Source of the DNA: a virus
Virus record (IMG/VR): IMGVR_UViG_3300027810_000002
Coordinates: 32,001 to 96,000 of that record
Direction: 5' to 3' (one strand)
Length of the DNA: 64,000 nucleotides
Positions 18,495 to 29,459 of the stretch are shown here, piece after piece. Made by a program: the position numbers and the translations under genes. Position 1 is the first letter of the stretch, and the number at the start of each line of letters is the position of its first letter. Under the pieces are notes generated by a model that saw nothing but the letters and a program-made list of their open reading frames with translations, was not told the DNA's origin and made no database searches.

Positions 18495-21400
18495 TTATGC
18501 TTGTATTTTAATATGCAGTTTTAAATGATATTTAAAACCTGGTTTTTTATTATATATTAATCTAAAACTTAAACCATCATTTTGATAACCTTGGATATCA
18601 AAATTAGTTTGTTTAGTAAATCTACCGTCTGTTAATTCTTCTGGTGAATTTACCGATTTAAATTCAGTTGTTATGTTCTTACCCGCGATTCCATATATTT
18701 CGGTGTTTTCTATAATAAACCTTGAAACAATGTTAGAATAGACATATTTTTCTAGATCATCTAGGATAGTTGATTTATCTCCGAATGAATTTTCAGCAGT
18801 TAAATACTTGCTAAACTTAGACTGTATTCCATCTTCTAATAATTCATTGTATATTGTCTTAGGTAAATAAAAATCTGCAATTATTTCAGAATCGTTTTCG
18901 ATCCAGTGAATCGCTGTTTTATTTAATTTGTTAAATCTAATATAATCTAAAGAATCTAAAGACGTTTCATTTGTTTGTGAAAAGCTAGTTAAATCATATT
19001 GATCTCTAACCTTCATGACGGTCGATGCCATAAAGGATTTTAATTCAACAGGACTCAATGTTCCATACACATTCTCACCAACCGATCCTGGGATAGATTT
19101 TACAAAATAATCACTAGAATATTTAGATTTAAAAATATTAAAATCTTTTTTATCTATTGCAATCTCTCCAATTGCAGGGTATAACGGTAACTTGTCTGAT
19201 GTTTCAGACAGTTTTAATAAGTTTTTAGAATCTTCATCATTTACCTTGTGATAGTGATAATTACTAATATAGCCATAAGATTCGTTTACATTCTTATAAG
19301 ATGCAAAGGCAATTCCTAGATTTTTAAATTTATTATAAATTAATCTTTCTCTCCATCTATCTTCTATTTCAGATGTGTATAATCCAATAGTTTGTTGGGT
19401 TAATGTCGCTTCAGCGTCCGATTGACTTCCTGGATGGTCTATTGGGTAAGGTATAATAATACCTACTAGATCCCCACCTATTCCAGCGTTAGCAAAATTT
19501 CCAGAGCCACTACCAGATCCAGATCCAGATCCTGTACTTTGTAATAATCCTTCAACTGTATTTAAATCTGGTATTAAAGTAGATTGTATTGTGTAGATGT
19601 CTGTAAAATCTACAACATCTTTAAAAAGTGGATTGTATTCACCGTTAAATCTACGTAAAAGTGTAAAATATCCACCATCTTCTCTCTCTTTTAATATTTT
19701 ACCAATCTCCTCAGAACTTAATTGATAAGATCTTGGTCTGTCTCCATCGGGTGACGTGTCTAACACGGATGGCTTAACAATATCTACTCCATCTTGAATT
19801 TCTAAAACAAAGTCGTTAATAAATTCATCATCCGGAAATTCAGAACTAACTCTAGTGTATACGACATCTCCAAACTCGTTAAATCTTTTTGCAAAATTAT
19901 AAGAAACTACTTCTTCTAGTAGATTCTTCCAACCAGCAGAACCTGTTTTCCAATATTTAAAAGTAGTGGATGAAGATGGTATGTAATGCAATAGTTGACT
20001 GTCTAAAGGAGACCCACCAAAATAAGGTCCTGCCTCAATGGTAAATGGAATAGGTAAACCTGAAACAACTATTTGCTCATCGTTAATTATTGAAACAACT
20101 TGCATACATGCATATAAAGAACCTCCAGTATTTGGGTCTGTGTCGTATTGAAAATATATCCATGAATATTTTCCTTCATCATTTAAAGTTATTTCTTTAG
20201 TAAATGCAGATTGTCCACCGCTAATCGATAATTGACTGGCATATACTATAGTTTCAACACCAGAATCTTGCGGCCACGCAGAGCTACTTAAATCTATTTC
20301 AAAAGATAGATCAGTATCAATAATTGTTATGACAGGATCTCCATTATAATCTGTTATCAAATTACCATCAACATCGTATGTGAAGTTTTCAATATCTTGT
20401 AATTCATATACAGAAGCTCTAGATAAATAATTAACAACGTTTGGTTGCACTGCAATATCAATAAATACACAAATAAATTTAAAAGTGTCGTTTTTAATAA
20501 CATGATACTTTACGCCGTTAGGCTCTCCTTCTGGTGCTTCTGTATAACTTAAAGTTACTCCAAACTTGTAAGAATTTACATCAGTTGATGTTTCAAACGC
20601 TGTAGGTGCATCTTTAAAAGACTCTTTTCTTTTCTTGTAAATATATCGTAATCCTCTAAATAATGTGCTAGATTCTAACTCTGACGTGCCTCCGTTAAAT
20701 TTAGAATATAGATTTCTAGATTTGTCGTCGATCCACATTCCATCATTTTGATTAACCGCTCCGTTCCATCTAAAATAAAGACTAAAATAATCTACATCAG
20801 TAGATTTAAGTTGGTTAATACTTATTCCGTCAGTTGTTGTAAAACTAGTATATGAGGATAGTCCCTTAATTGTGTTGTTATCGTGGAAGTTGTCAGGTAT
20901 TTTATTAAAATGGAAATGTTCCATGTTTAAATTGTCGTAATTTCTACCCGATTCTAATTTAATTTCTGGGGAAATATTATTAGTACCAAACGCCTCATTC
21001 ACGTTTAAAATATAAGGTAGGTTTCTTGCGTTAGTACCATTCTTTAAAGCGTATTTCATAATAGTAGGTACTATCCTACTTTTTAATGCGGTTTCTTTTA
21101 ATGTATTTTCATTAAGTCTATCATATTCTGAATTAATATCTGTTGAAACTGAATCATCATTAGATGTTTCCTGGTATAAAACAGAAGATATTCCTGTAAA
21201 TTTTTCTAGTGGGCTGTAATTGGTTCCAAATGATTCATAAGCCAATTCTCCTAATTCAGAATTTTTAGTTGAATAAAAATCAAAATCAAAATCTTTTAAT
21301 TGATACGCACTAAATTTACCAAAAGTAGGTGTAAACTTATTGTATAATTGAACTATTCCATCACTAGGTAACTTATATGCTGTATCTAAAATAACTCTAT

Positions 21401-23168
21401 AAGTTTCACTGTTAGCATTGTCTCTAACTATATCTATTATCCTAGAAAATTTAGTTAGCTTTGCATGTTTAACATACTGTCCTATAGCAGCTTCGCCTAA
21501 TTCATCAGCATTCACTAAAAAACTAGCTCCTATTTTAGAGCCTCCTCGTGCTGTGTGCAAATTCCAGTCAGAAAACTGAGTTCCTGTATAGTTTTGTAAT
21601 CCAACATAATCTTCCTTTGCTGCTTCTACATTTATGAAATCTGAAATGTTTAAGTCATAAATACCAAAAGACATTCTATTTCTATTATCTCCACTACCAT
21701 AGTCCTCAATAATAACAGAGGATCCTTCCGCTCTAGTGTTGTAATTAGATATGTCTTTAATCAAACTACTAATAGCGATTGCAATTTGTCTTAAAGTACC
21801 TTTACTCGAAAAGTTGTTCCCAGAGAAAGTACCTGCAGGTATTGTATCATCAGCAACTGCCATGAAGCCGTACATTTCGTAGTTTTTTATTTCAATTTCA
21901 GTTTTATCACCGATGTAAAATCTATCGTTCGTGATAGGTTTGCTTATGATTTCAAACTTAATAAAAGGCTTATTTGAAACATTTGTTGAAATTGATTGTA
22001 ATTTATTATTTGATATAGTATAATTTGTATTTTTCAACAAGTTTTTAATATCAATATTAGAAGTAACTGGTATTTTTAAACCATCTACTTCTGTATTATT
22101 TTTTATATGTAAGAAAGAGTTATCACCTAGATTGATATAGGAAAGTACAGGAACCTTTAGCTCTGGAGTTTTTGGTAACATATCTTCGTGAGTTATTCCC
22201 GCTCCGATCACGTCGTAAACCGTGTGAGTAGTTCCCGGTTCAATACTTACTATATTATCTGAAGAGATAGAATTAATCTTAAAAGAACCTTCTTCGATGT
22301 CATCAACATAAAGTCCAAAATATCTATAAATATTATAATTCACAGCAGATGCGTCGTCAAACATAAACTCCATGTTAATTAAGTTAGCTGAAATTACACC
22401 ATGTCTTTCAAATCCTTTTGTAATCAATTCATTTGCATTAATCTCTAAATTATCTTGCTGAATATAATCATCTGCGATAAAATCTTTTTTAGAAACAAAA
22501 CCTCCTTTAGTTGAATCAATTCCTCTATACAAAACCGCTCCGCTATCTGAAAAATTAAATTCAATAGCAGATTCAGGCATGCCTTTGTCGTATACATGTG
22601 AATGCAAATATTTACCGATTCTGCTTTTTCTAGTTAAATCAAATGTTTTAACAATAGTTGCAGATTCTAATAGCTCTAAAATTCTATCATTTTGTCCAAC
22701 AACGTCTTCGGTGTATTTATTCTTATAATCGACATCGCTAACTCTATAAACTATAAATTTCTTAGGTATTCTACGATCTAACCAAATTGGTGCAAAGATC
22801 TTATATTGTTCGTCATATAGTTTAGTTGAATTAAAACTAGCTCCAAAGTTATACTGATTCTCATATTGATATGAGTAATCTGAATATGGTGTAATGTCTG
22901 AGTGTTTTCTTAATGTTTGAAACCTTTCGTTAACAGGCGTTCCTTTAAAGAATCTAGCGACGTCGTTTGCATAAATACCGGTGTCCGATACTTCAAACTT
23001 TTGATACTCTACCTTTGAAAGGACTTTATTAGCCTTGAATGCGCTTAAGAATATGTGCTCCGAAGAGTCCACAACCAACTTTAAATTACTTGTTAATTTT
23101 GGATTAGTTCTTAATAGTGCGAATGAAGATTCTTCTTCCTTGTTGTTCGTGTTAAAATTTATAGCCAT
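18495..23168 (-). CDS. Large putative virion/baseplate protein
   Basis: 1557 aa ORF in the structural block, preceded by GATATATA at 23194-23201. Confidence 0.6.
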   Translation of the reverse strand: MAINFNTNNKEEESSFALLRTNPKLTSNLKLVVDSSEHIFLSAFKANKVLSKVEYQKFEVSDTGIYANDVARFFKGTPVNERFQTLRKHSDITPYSDYSYQYENQYNFGASFNSTKLYDEQYKIFAPIWLDRRIPKKFIVYRVSDVDYKNKYTEDVVGQNDRILELLESATIVKTFDLTRKSRIGKYLHSHVYDKGMPESAIEFNFSDSGAVLYRGIDSTKGGFVSKKDFIADDYIQQDNLEINANELITKGFERHGVISANLINMEFMFDDASAVNYNIYRYFGLYVDDIEEGSFKINSISSDNIVSIEPGTTHTVYDVIGAGITHEDMLPKTPELKVPVLSYINLGDNSFLHIKNNTEVDGLKIPVTSNIDIKNLLKNTNYTISNNKLQSISTNVSNKPFIKFEIISKPITNDRFYIGDKTEIEIKNYEMYGFMAVADDTIPAGTFSGNNFSSKGTLRQIAIAISSLIKDISNYNTRAEGSSVIIEDYGSGDNRNRMSFGIYDLNISDFINVEAAKEDYVGLQNYTGTQFSDWNLHTARGGSKIGASFLVNADELGEAAIGQYVKHAKLTKFSRIIDIVRDNANSETYRVILDTAYKLPSDGIVQLYNKFTPTFGKFSAYQLKDFDFDFYSTKNSELGELAYESFGTNYSPLEKFTGISSVLYQETSNDDSVSTDINSEYDRLNENTLKETALKSRIVPTIMKYALKNGTNARNLPYILNVNEAFGTNNISPEIKLESGRNYDNLNMEHFHFNKIPDNFHDNNTIKGLSSYTSFTTTDGISINQLKSTDVDYFSLYFRWNGAVNQNDGMWIDDKSRNLYSKFNGGTSELESSTLFRGLRYIYKKRKESFKDAPTAFETSTDVNSYKFGVTLSYTEAPEGEPNGVKYHVIKNDTFKFICVFIDIAVQPNVVNYLSRASVYELQDIENFTYDVDGNLITDYNGDPVITIIDTDLSFEIDLSSSAWPQDSGVETIVYASQLSISGGQSAFTKEITLNDEGKYSWIYFQYDTDPNTGGSLYACMQVVSIINDEQIVVSGLPIPFTIEAGPYFGGSPLDSQLLHYIPSSSTTFKYWKTGSAGWKNLLEEVVSYNFAKRFNEFGDVVYTRVSSEFPDDEFINDFVLEIQDGVDIVKPSVLDTSPDGDRPRSYQLSSEEIGKILKEREDGGYFTLLRRFNGEYNPLFKDVVDFTDIYTIQSTLIPDLNTVEGLLQSTGSGSGSGSGSGNFANAGIGGDLVGIIIPYPIDHPGSQSDAEATLTQQTIGLYTSEIEDRWRERLIYNKFKNLGIAFASYKNVNESYGYISNYHYHKVNDEDSKNLLKLSETSDKLPLYPAIGEIAIDKKDFNIFKSKYSSDYFVKSIPGSVGENVYGTLSPVELKSFMASTVMKVRDQYDLTSFSQTNETSLDSLDYIRFNKLNKTAIHWIENDSEIIADFYLPKTIYNELLEDGIQSKFSKYLTAENSFGDKSTILDDLEKYVYSNIVSRFIIENTEIYGIAGKNITTEFKSVNSPEELTDGRFTKQTNFDIQGYQNDGLSFRLIYNKKPGFKYHLKLHIKIQA

Positions 23169-23232
23169 TCCTGATGCCTCTTTTTAGTTAAATTATATAT
23201 CATAATTTTAAGAGGGACCTGATCGGGTATAT

Positions 23233-26200
23233 CTAAAACTCTTCTCTGATGTTAGGTAATGAAAAATCAACGCTTCTTCCTCTGAATGGTGTGTACTTGC
23301 CGCTAGTTGCATAGTTAGTTAACATTGAAGAAGTTATAGAATTTATATTCTTTCCAGTTGCTCTATACTTAGAATACACTTCAATATCAAACTGAAAGTC
23401 AGTATTGTTTGAATCTATTATATCTATACCTATTATTTTAGAGTATGTTAAGTTTTGTAGAGAATTACTAATAATTCCTCCAACTCTACCTCTACCAGTA
23501 TCCCCTGTTCCACTATAATCTGTCATTCTATATTGAAATACCATATCGATGTTTAGTGCGTTAGAGCTACTTCCTTCGATTATCTTCTTTCCTCTTTTAT
23601 TGTTAGCATCAACAACTAAAGAATCTTTTCCTAGTGGAGATACATATAAAAATGATCCACATGAATGTCCTCCTAATAGATATTGATCATTTGGTTCGAA
23701 TGAATTTTTACCAGCAGTTCTAGTTCCTAGCACTACGCCACTTCCTGCACCACTGTCTGTTCCACCACTCCCTGCTATTACTTCCACTATAGTATTTGTT
23801 AATCTAAATGGAGTTTGTTTTTTACCATATAAATCACTAGCTCTTCTAGGTGCGGTTTTAGGCATTCCAACCAATCCATTACTAGCAATACCTAATACGC
23901 TTACATTTTTCGTTAATGGATGATCTTTGTGTAGGAATATTGCGTTATCATATAGAGCTGCAGTTACTGTAGAAACCGATACACTACCTAATGTACCATT
24001 AGCACTGTCGTATTCCCCGTTCCATATATAATCGTTAGTACTTTGGCTATCTGACCATGCTGTAAATTCAGCAGCTGCAAAAGATTTAGATTTATCTGTA
24101 TTATTAGTGTTAACTCCTGATATTTGATATGCTGTGTTTATACCATACTCGAATGTGTCATATCCTGAATTATCAGATACATCAATATCTCCGCCAGATC
24201 CATCAGTACTTGTTAAATACAAACTAGTATCATTAGCAATATTCATAAACCTTGAATATAAAAATTGACCTCTTAATTGTGCAGATTGTACTGGGCTATC
24301 GTTAAAATATGACTCTGTTGATTCTGTTGCATCTAAGTTTTGATAAACTACAGGTGCTAAATCGTATTTTCCTTCTGTTGTGTAATATGTATTAGAACTT
24401 ACAACAGGATCTATTGCACCAGATTGTAATCCCCACAATGTACTTGGAGTTGAGGAATATGCAGGTTGTTCAACGTCTCCTAATATTCTTGCGATTAATT
24501 CTAGATTAGTAGCCTTCGTATTAGAAAGATTTATTTTAAAGTTTTTAGTAACGATAAACCCTTTAGAGTTTGTCGATGGTACTTCATCAATATAATATCC
24601 TGCAAATAATTTAACTTTACTGTTATTAGTTACTGGTGTTACATTACCGTCTTCGTCGATTATCTGCACTAGTAACTCCCCAAGAGTTCCATCAATTTGA
24701 GCTCTTAAAGATTCTACTTCGTTTTGAAGTTCTAAAAGTTTATCATATACTGAAATAGGATTTTGCTCTCCAGTTAAGAAACCAGAAGCTAATGACGATG
24801 CATTGTGTGCAAAATACTTTTCGTTTACAGTGAATGAATCGCCAACGTGATCGTATACTCCAACAGATTCTAAATCTTCTTTTAAAGAAACTTTTAAGTT
24901 ATCTAATTCGTTTTGTGAAATTAAACCAGCTAGTGAGTCTGTTGAAAGTTCTCCTTCTGGAAATTCTACCTTAACTATGTCAGACCAATCACTTGTTACT
25001 GGGTTAGATGGATATCCTGCTTCTGATACAGATTTAACCATAATTTCAATAACTTCACCAGATCTAATAGGTAAATCAATTGAATTAAAATTAACAGCCT
25101 GTGCGTCTTCTTCGCTTTCCACTACCCATTTGTATATCCCAGCATCGTTTAATTCTCTCTTTCTAACAGGACCTTGAACTTCAATCCAGTTTGAAAAGGC
25201 TGCAGTCTTTTTAGTGCTGTTAGTAGTATCATTAAATTCAATCTGATCAATTGTTGATGTTTTGCCAGAAGTAGATACGTATCTATATCTAGTTTTAAAT
25301 TGTACAACTTCTTGAGAAAGTTCTTCACCAACTGTTTTAGGTGAAGGTATAGGCCAGAATCCTCTAACCCTAAATTTCGGAGAGGCTGTTGAAACATCTA
25401 TTGAATCTGCTGCTGCTTTTATCTCAGCAACAATTGATCCAAATAATTTAACCTCAGATGTCTTTTCGTTTACAAGTGCTCTGAACTCATTAAGTTGCTT
25501 GTCTCTTTCAACCTTAGATTTAAATTTCTTAGTGTTTAATAAAGATTTTTTAACTTTAATAGCCTCATTAATATTCTTTAAACTTTGTTCAGCTGCTAAT
25601 TTATCTGATTTAAGTTGTTTAATCTTTTTAGTAGTCGTGTTATCAGTTAAGTGTTTATTTATTTGGATAACTTTTAAATCGCCTGATGCTAATATTGGCA
25701 TGTTTGGTTTTATACCAACTGATGCTGGTGGAATGTAATCCACACTAAGAGCCTTAATAAACTGTCCAAAGTCAGATACTTCATCCTTATAATAAGATGC
25801 TAAGTTCTTGATAGTTCCGTCCTCTGTTGATATTTGTAATTCATTTGAATAAAAACCAATACCTGGCGAATATTCATTTGAAGGTATGTTTGAGATAGGA
25901 TCAATTGGTTTAATAAATACTATTTGCTTTTCATCAAATCCTATTTTAATCTCTACATCTAAATCTACGTCAATGTCTCTATATATTGATAACACGTTTG
26001 ATCCTACTTTAATAGATTCAAATCCTTCAATTAACTCTAATTCAACCTGTGATGTAGAACTATCAATTGATCTAACAATATATCTTGTTCTTAACTCTCC
26101 TGAATTAATCACTAATGAATCTGAAACTTTTAAAACTTCAGTCTCTTGAAGCGTTTTAGAAGCATCTGAGTAACTTAACTTATCAAGCGTAAATAACTTA

Positions 26201-26910
26201 ACTGTTTTAGTTTGAGTAACTCCATCAACAATCTTTGACTTCTGTTCGTTAGATATCTTAGTGACATCATAGTCTCCGAAGTATTGTACTGTTCTGATTG
26301 GCATTTCAATTACCTCAGAATCTAAATAATATTTTAAACCGTCTTCGGCAATTCTGTCTTGTAGTTCTTTATATACAATCTCGCTTTCTCCTTTATATAT
26401 TTCATCAAATGAATCTGAAGTTGCTCCGTCTTTTAAATCAAAAATAAATCTTTCAATATAAACTCTTTCCGTTTCTACTGGAATTTGACCACTAACGTCT
26501 AATCTAATAGTTAATAAAGGATTTAAAAAGTCCTCAAAGAATTCATTTAACTTTGTGTTAAATTGAGTAGGTGCTGCAAGTGATGTGATTGGTTTAGAAG
26601 GGCCTTTAAGTTTAGAAGTGTATATTTTTCTATAAGCTCCATCTTTTAATCTTACATTTGCTCCGCTACCTTCAACACCAGAAATAGATTCTAAATTTTT
26701 ATTTAGTCTTTCAATCTCTCTTTTTAAATATCCAAAGGCAGGAATCTGTACAGATTTAACTCCTTCACCAGAAGGGTCCCATAAATCTACAGTAACTGTT
26801 TCTTTATCTGTTGAGATCGCCTCATTAATACGATTGAAAGTTTCTAGAGAATTAGTGTTTAATTCTAGAAACTGTTCAAGTAATTGCGATATTGAATTTT
26901 GTGCACTCAT
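23233..26910 (-). CDS. Large putative virion structural protein
   Basis: 1225 aa with coiled coils and an FN3-like segment (VKSVSEAGYP...SDWS). Confidence 0.6.
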   Translation of the reverse strand: MSAQNSISQLLEQFLELNTNSLETFNRINEAISTDKETVTVDLWDPSGEGVKSVQIPAFGYLKREIERLNKNLESISGVEGSGANVRLKDGAYRKIYTSKLKGPSKPITSLAAPTQFNTKLNEFFEDFLNPLLTIRLDVSGQIPVETERVYIERFIFDLKDGATSDSFDEIYKGESEIVYKELQDRIAEDGLKYYLDSEVIEMPIRTVQYFGDYDVTKISNEQKSKIVDGVTQTKTVKLFTLDKLSYSDASKTLQETEVLKVSDSLVINSGELRTRYIVRSIDSSTSQVELELIEGFESIKVGSNVLSIYRDIDVDLDVEIKIGFDEKQIVFIKPIDPISNIPSNEYSPGIGFYSNELQISTEDGTIKNLASYYKDEVSDFGQFIKALSVDYIPPASVGIKPNMPILASGDLKVIQINKHLTDNTTTKKIKQLKSDKLAAEQSLKNINEAIKVKKSLLNTKKFKSKVERDKQLNEFRALVNEKTSEVKLFGSIVAEIKAAADSIDVSTASPKFRVRGFWPIPSPKTVGEELSQEVVQFKTRYRYVSTSGKTSTIDQIEFNDTTNSTKKTAAFSNWIEVQGPVRKRELNDAGIYKWVVESEEDAQAVNFNSIDLPIRSGEVIEIMVKSVSEAGYPSNPVTSDWSDIVKVEFPEGELSTDSLAGLISQNELDNLKVSLKEDLESVGVYDHVGDSFTVNEKYFAHNASSLASGFLTGEQNPISVYDKLLELQNEVESLRAQIDGTLGELLVQIIDEDGNVTPVTNNSKVKLFAGYYIDEVPSTNSKGFIVTKNFKINLSNTKATNLELIARILGDVEQPAYSSTPSTLWGLQSGAIDPVVSSNTYYTTEGKYDLAPVVYQNLDATESTESYFNDSPVQSAQLRGQFLYSRFMNIANDTSLYLTSTDGSGGDIDVSDNSGYDTFEYGINTAYQISGVNTNNTDKSKSFAAAEFTAWSDSQSTNDYIWNGEYDSANGTLGSVSVSTVTAALYDNAIFLHKDHPLTKNVSVLGIASNGLVGMPKTAPRRASDLYGKKQTPFRLTNTIVEVIAGSGGTDSGAGSGVVLGTRTAGKNSFEPNDQYLLGGHSCGSFLYVSPLGKDSLVVDANNKRGKKIIEGSSSNALNIDMVFQYRMTDYSGTGDTGRGRVGGIISNSLQNLTYSKIIGIDIIDSNNTDFQFDIEVYSKYRATGKNINSITSSMLTNYATSGKYTPFRGRSVDFSLPNIREEF

Positions 26911-26912
26911 AG

Positions 26913-28883
26913 TTATCTTATAATTTCAAGTTCGAATGTCTTGTTTATTTCGTCAACGCAAACTAATTCGATATATGGCTTATTGCTTAATAGATCTGTT
27001 TCGTTGATCGTATTTGTTAATTTCCAGTTACCTTTTTTACCTACGAATATATTAATTTTATTGTTATCCATGTGATCAATTGAAGTTTTAAAAGTTAATT
27101 TAATAACTTGTCCTACTTTAACTGGAATAACACTATCATCTAAGTATATATCTAAATCTCTTACAAAGTCCTCGTCTTCGGTATATACTCTAATTAAATT
27201 ATCATATCTTTTTATTCTTGTCCAAATACCTGTGATATCCGCTTCTTGTGGATTCCATGCAAGATCTTTGTCTATTTTAACCTCAACTCCTTCGCTTACT
27301 AAATCATAGATATGCGCTTGATTAAGACTATATCCGTTGTTTACGTTTTGTATCTTTATTTTCTGAGGATTACTCTTATCTATTAAGATTCCGTTTCCTG
27401 CAGATATGACATCTGTGTTATATTGAATAGATGTTGGTATCTTCCCGTTAATAACTTGATTTAATCTATCGTTCGTCTTAGATATAATATCTAAAATAGA
27501 ACCAGCGTTTTTAAAGTTAAGTGAAGCGTCTTCTATAGATTGCTCTAATGCTATAACTTTAGCTGAAATAGAACTTTGATCAACCGAAGTCATCATTAAG
27601 TTTTCTAATTCATCAAGCCTGTCAGACATGATATTAAATCTATGACTTGCTTCTGCTAATATTTTAGCAGCGTTCTCTAAAGAACTTGTAGTATCAAAGA
27701 ATAAATCCATTGAGAATGTAGTAAAGTCATTGATGTTTGTTTCAATACCTACATTATCTAAAGAAGAATTAAATTTAACATTTAATTTTAGTGCAAATGC
27801 ATTACCATTTAAACCTGTTACTTCGTTTGGTTTGTATTTACTTAATTCCGGTAAGTACCATCCAGTACTATTCGGATCATTTTTAAAGTTATCTAATAAT
27901 ATAACTCCGTATAGGTTTGTTGTTCTGTTACCAGGGTTAGATTTAGAATATACATCATAGTATACTAAGATCGCATTAAATCTAAAGTCTCCACCTCTTT
28001 TTGAATAATCTTGAACTGTGTTAAGCTTTGCATCACCTTCAATAGCAGCATATGTTATTGGGCTCCATTCAATACCGTAATTATAGGTTGAATTTGGATC
28101 AATATCTATCGTACCGTTATTTGAATCTGCTAAAGACCCTAAGTCTATGTTAGCATCTGGATGTGCTTGTCCGTCTCTTCCGTTAATAAAAGAACCTGGT
28201 TCATATGACGTAGCAGTCGTGTTATAGCTTGAGTTTTTAAATAAAACAGTTGGAGTATATCCAGCCGAAGTTGGCACATTAATAAAGACTTCATTATAAG
28301 TATCACCATTATAATTTTTGTCATTAGTAACATCTACGTTTCCTAAGTATCTAACTACTTGACTATATTCTGATCCACTTTGTATTGAATCATCCTCTTC
28401 TACTACTCTATTATATCCTGACGCAGCTTCCTGTGAATTAGCTGGTCTTGTTCTAAATGCTCCAATTTCGTTTAACCACTTAAAAAAGATCTTTTCAGCA
28501 TCAGAAGAATATATTGAATTATCAAAATCGTCGTCTGTTAGTATAAAGTTTTCTAAGTTAAGGGCGTAGTTTTGGAACGTGTTGGCAAAATGACGGTTTG
28601 CATTATCGTCCGGGCTGTCTCCGTCGTAATTTGGTGCAATACCAGGTACTCCGTTAACAGGGGCCACTGGGCCACCTTCGAATAAATTATTAAATTGTAT
28701 GTAATTGTTTGTTGCTCCACCAGAAGGCTCGTCAACAACTGGTAAATCTAATAACGCGAATTTTGAATACTCAAAAACAATATCTGGATTATAATATGCA
28801 CGCGTTAAATCTCTAGCGGCGCTAGAGAAAGCATACATGGTACCTCCCTGTTCTTGAGGAATTCTAATTAATGGTGTAGCCAT
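26913..28883 (-). CDS. Putative baseplate/virion structural protein
   Basis: 656 aa, in the baseplate operon. Confidence 0.55.
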   Translation of the reverse strand: MATPLIRIPQEQGGTMYAFSSAARDLTRAYYNPDIVFEYSKFALLDLPVVDEPSGGATNNYIQFNNLFEGGPVAPVNGVPGIAPNYDGDSPDDNANRHFANTFQNYALNLENFILTDDDFDNSIYSSDAEKIFFKWLNEIGAFRTRPANSQEAASGYNRVVEEDDSIQSGSEYSQVVRYLGNVDVTNDKNYNGDTYNEVFINVPTSAGYTPTVLFKNSSYNTTATSYEPGSFINGRDGQAHPDANIDLGSLADSNNGTIDIDPNSTYNYGIEWSPITYAAIEGDAKLNTVQDYSKRGGDFRFNAILVYYDVYSKSNPGNRTTNLYGVILLDNFKNDPNSTGWYLPELSKYKPNEVTGLNGNAFALKLNVKFNSSLDNVGIETNINDFTTFSMDLFFDTTSSLENAAKILAEASHRFNIMSDRLDELENLMMTSVDQSSISAKVIALEQSIEDASLNFKNAGSILDIISKTNDRLNQVINGKIPTSIQYNTDVISAGNGILIDKSNPQKIKIQNVNNGYSLNQAHIYDLVSEGVEVKIDKDLAWNPQEADITGIWTRIKRYDNLIRVYTEDEDFVRDLDIYLDDSVIPVKVGQVIKLTFKTSIDHMDNNKINIFVGKKGNWKLTNTINETDLLSNKPYIELVCVDEINKTFELEIIR

Positions 28884-28900
28884 TTACTTATTTTATTTTT

Positions 28901-29458
28901 TTAATTAACAAAAACTAAATCAGTGTTAGCATGTGAAATAACATACCATAAAGAATTAACTTGTCTTAATGTTAACGTTCCGTTATTTTGAACTGTAAAG
29001 TTAGCTGAAACTCCTGCAACATTAGTTGCATCGATATCAAAGTCTCCGTCTGCGATAAAAGTTACACATTGTCCTTCTACTCCTAATGCAACAACATTTA
29101 CGTTTGATAAACCTGTAGCAGATCCGTCTAATACGTAAGTTGATTTAGTGTATATTGAAGGCATAACCGTTACTGATCCTGTAGACACAGAATAAATTAA
29201 ACCATCTTCTAAAGTTAACGCTCCATTTACTGTCATTGGCTTTAATACCGTAACTAATGTTGAATCCGCTGATAATACATTAGAGATATTTAACGATGAT
29301 GCCGCTACCGCTCCTGTAAGAGTTAGTGTTTGTGTGTTTACATCAAGTAAATTACCGATGCTAATTAGCTCATCGTTCATCTGTTGAAAATTGTCGTTTA
29401 ATACGATTCTCGACGAAGATAGACTGTCTGTTCCGTTGATTGTTGTGATACTTGCCAT
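28901..29458 (-). CDS. Short fibre/baseplate-associated protein
   Basis: 185 aa, beta-rich. N-terminal D...LNDNF motif resembles the two fibre N-termini. Confidence 0.5.
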   Translation of the reverse strand: MASITTINGTDSLSSSRIVLNDNFQQMNDELISIGNLLDVNTQTLTLTGAVAASSLNISNVLSADSTLVTVLKPMTVNGALTLEDGLIYSVSTGSVTVMPSIYTKSTYVLDGSATGLSNVNVVALGVEGQCVTFIADGDFDIDATNVAGVSANFTVQNNGTLTLRQVNSLWYVISHANTDLVFVN

Positions 29459-29459
29459 T

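Noticed and set aside
23177-23216. CCTCTT...AAGAGG inverted repeat around a late promoter as a terminator
   Set aside because: The stem is short with a long loop and no U-tract on the coding strand, so the support is too weak.
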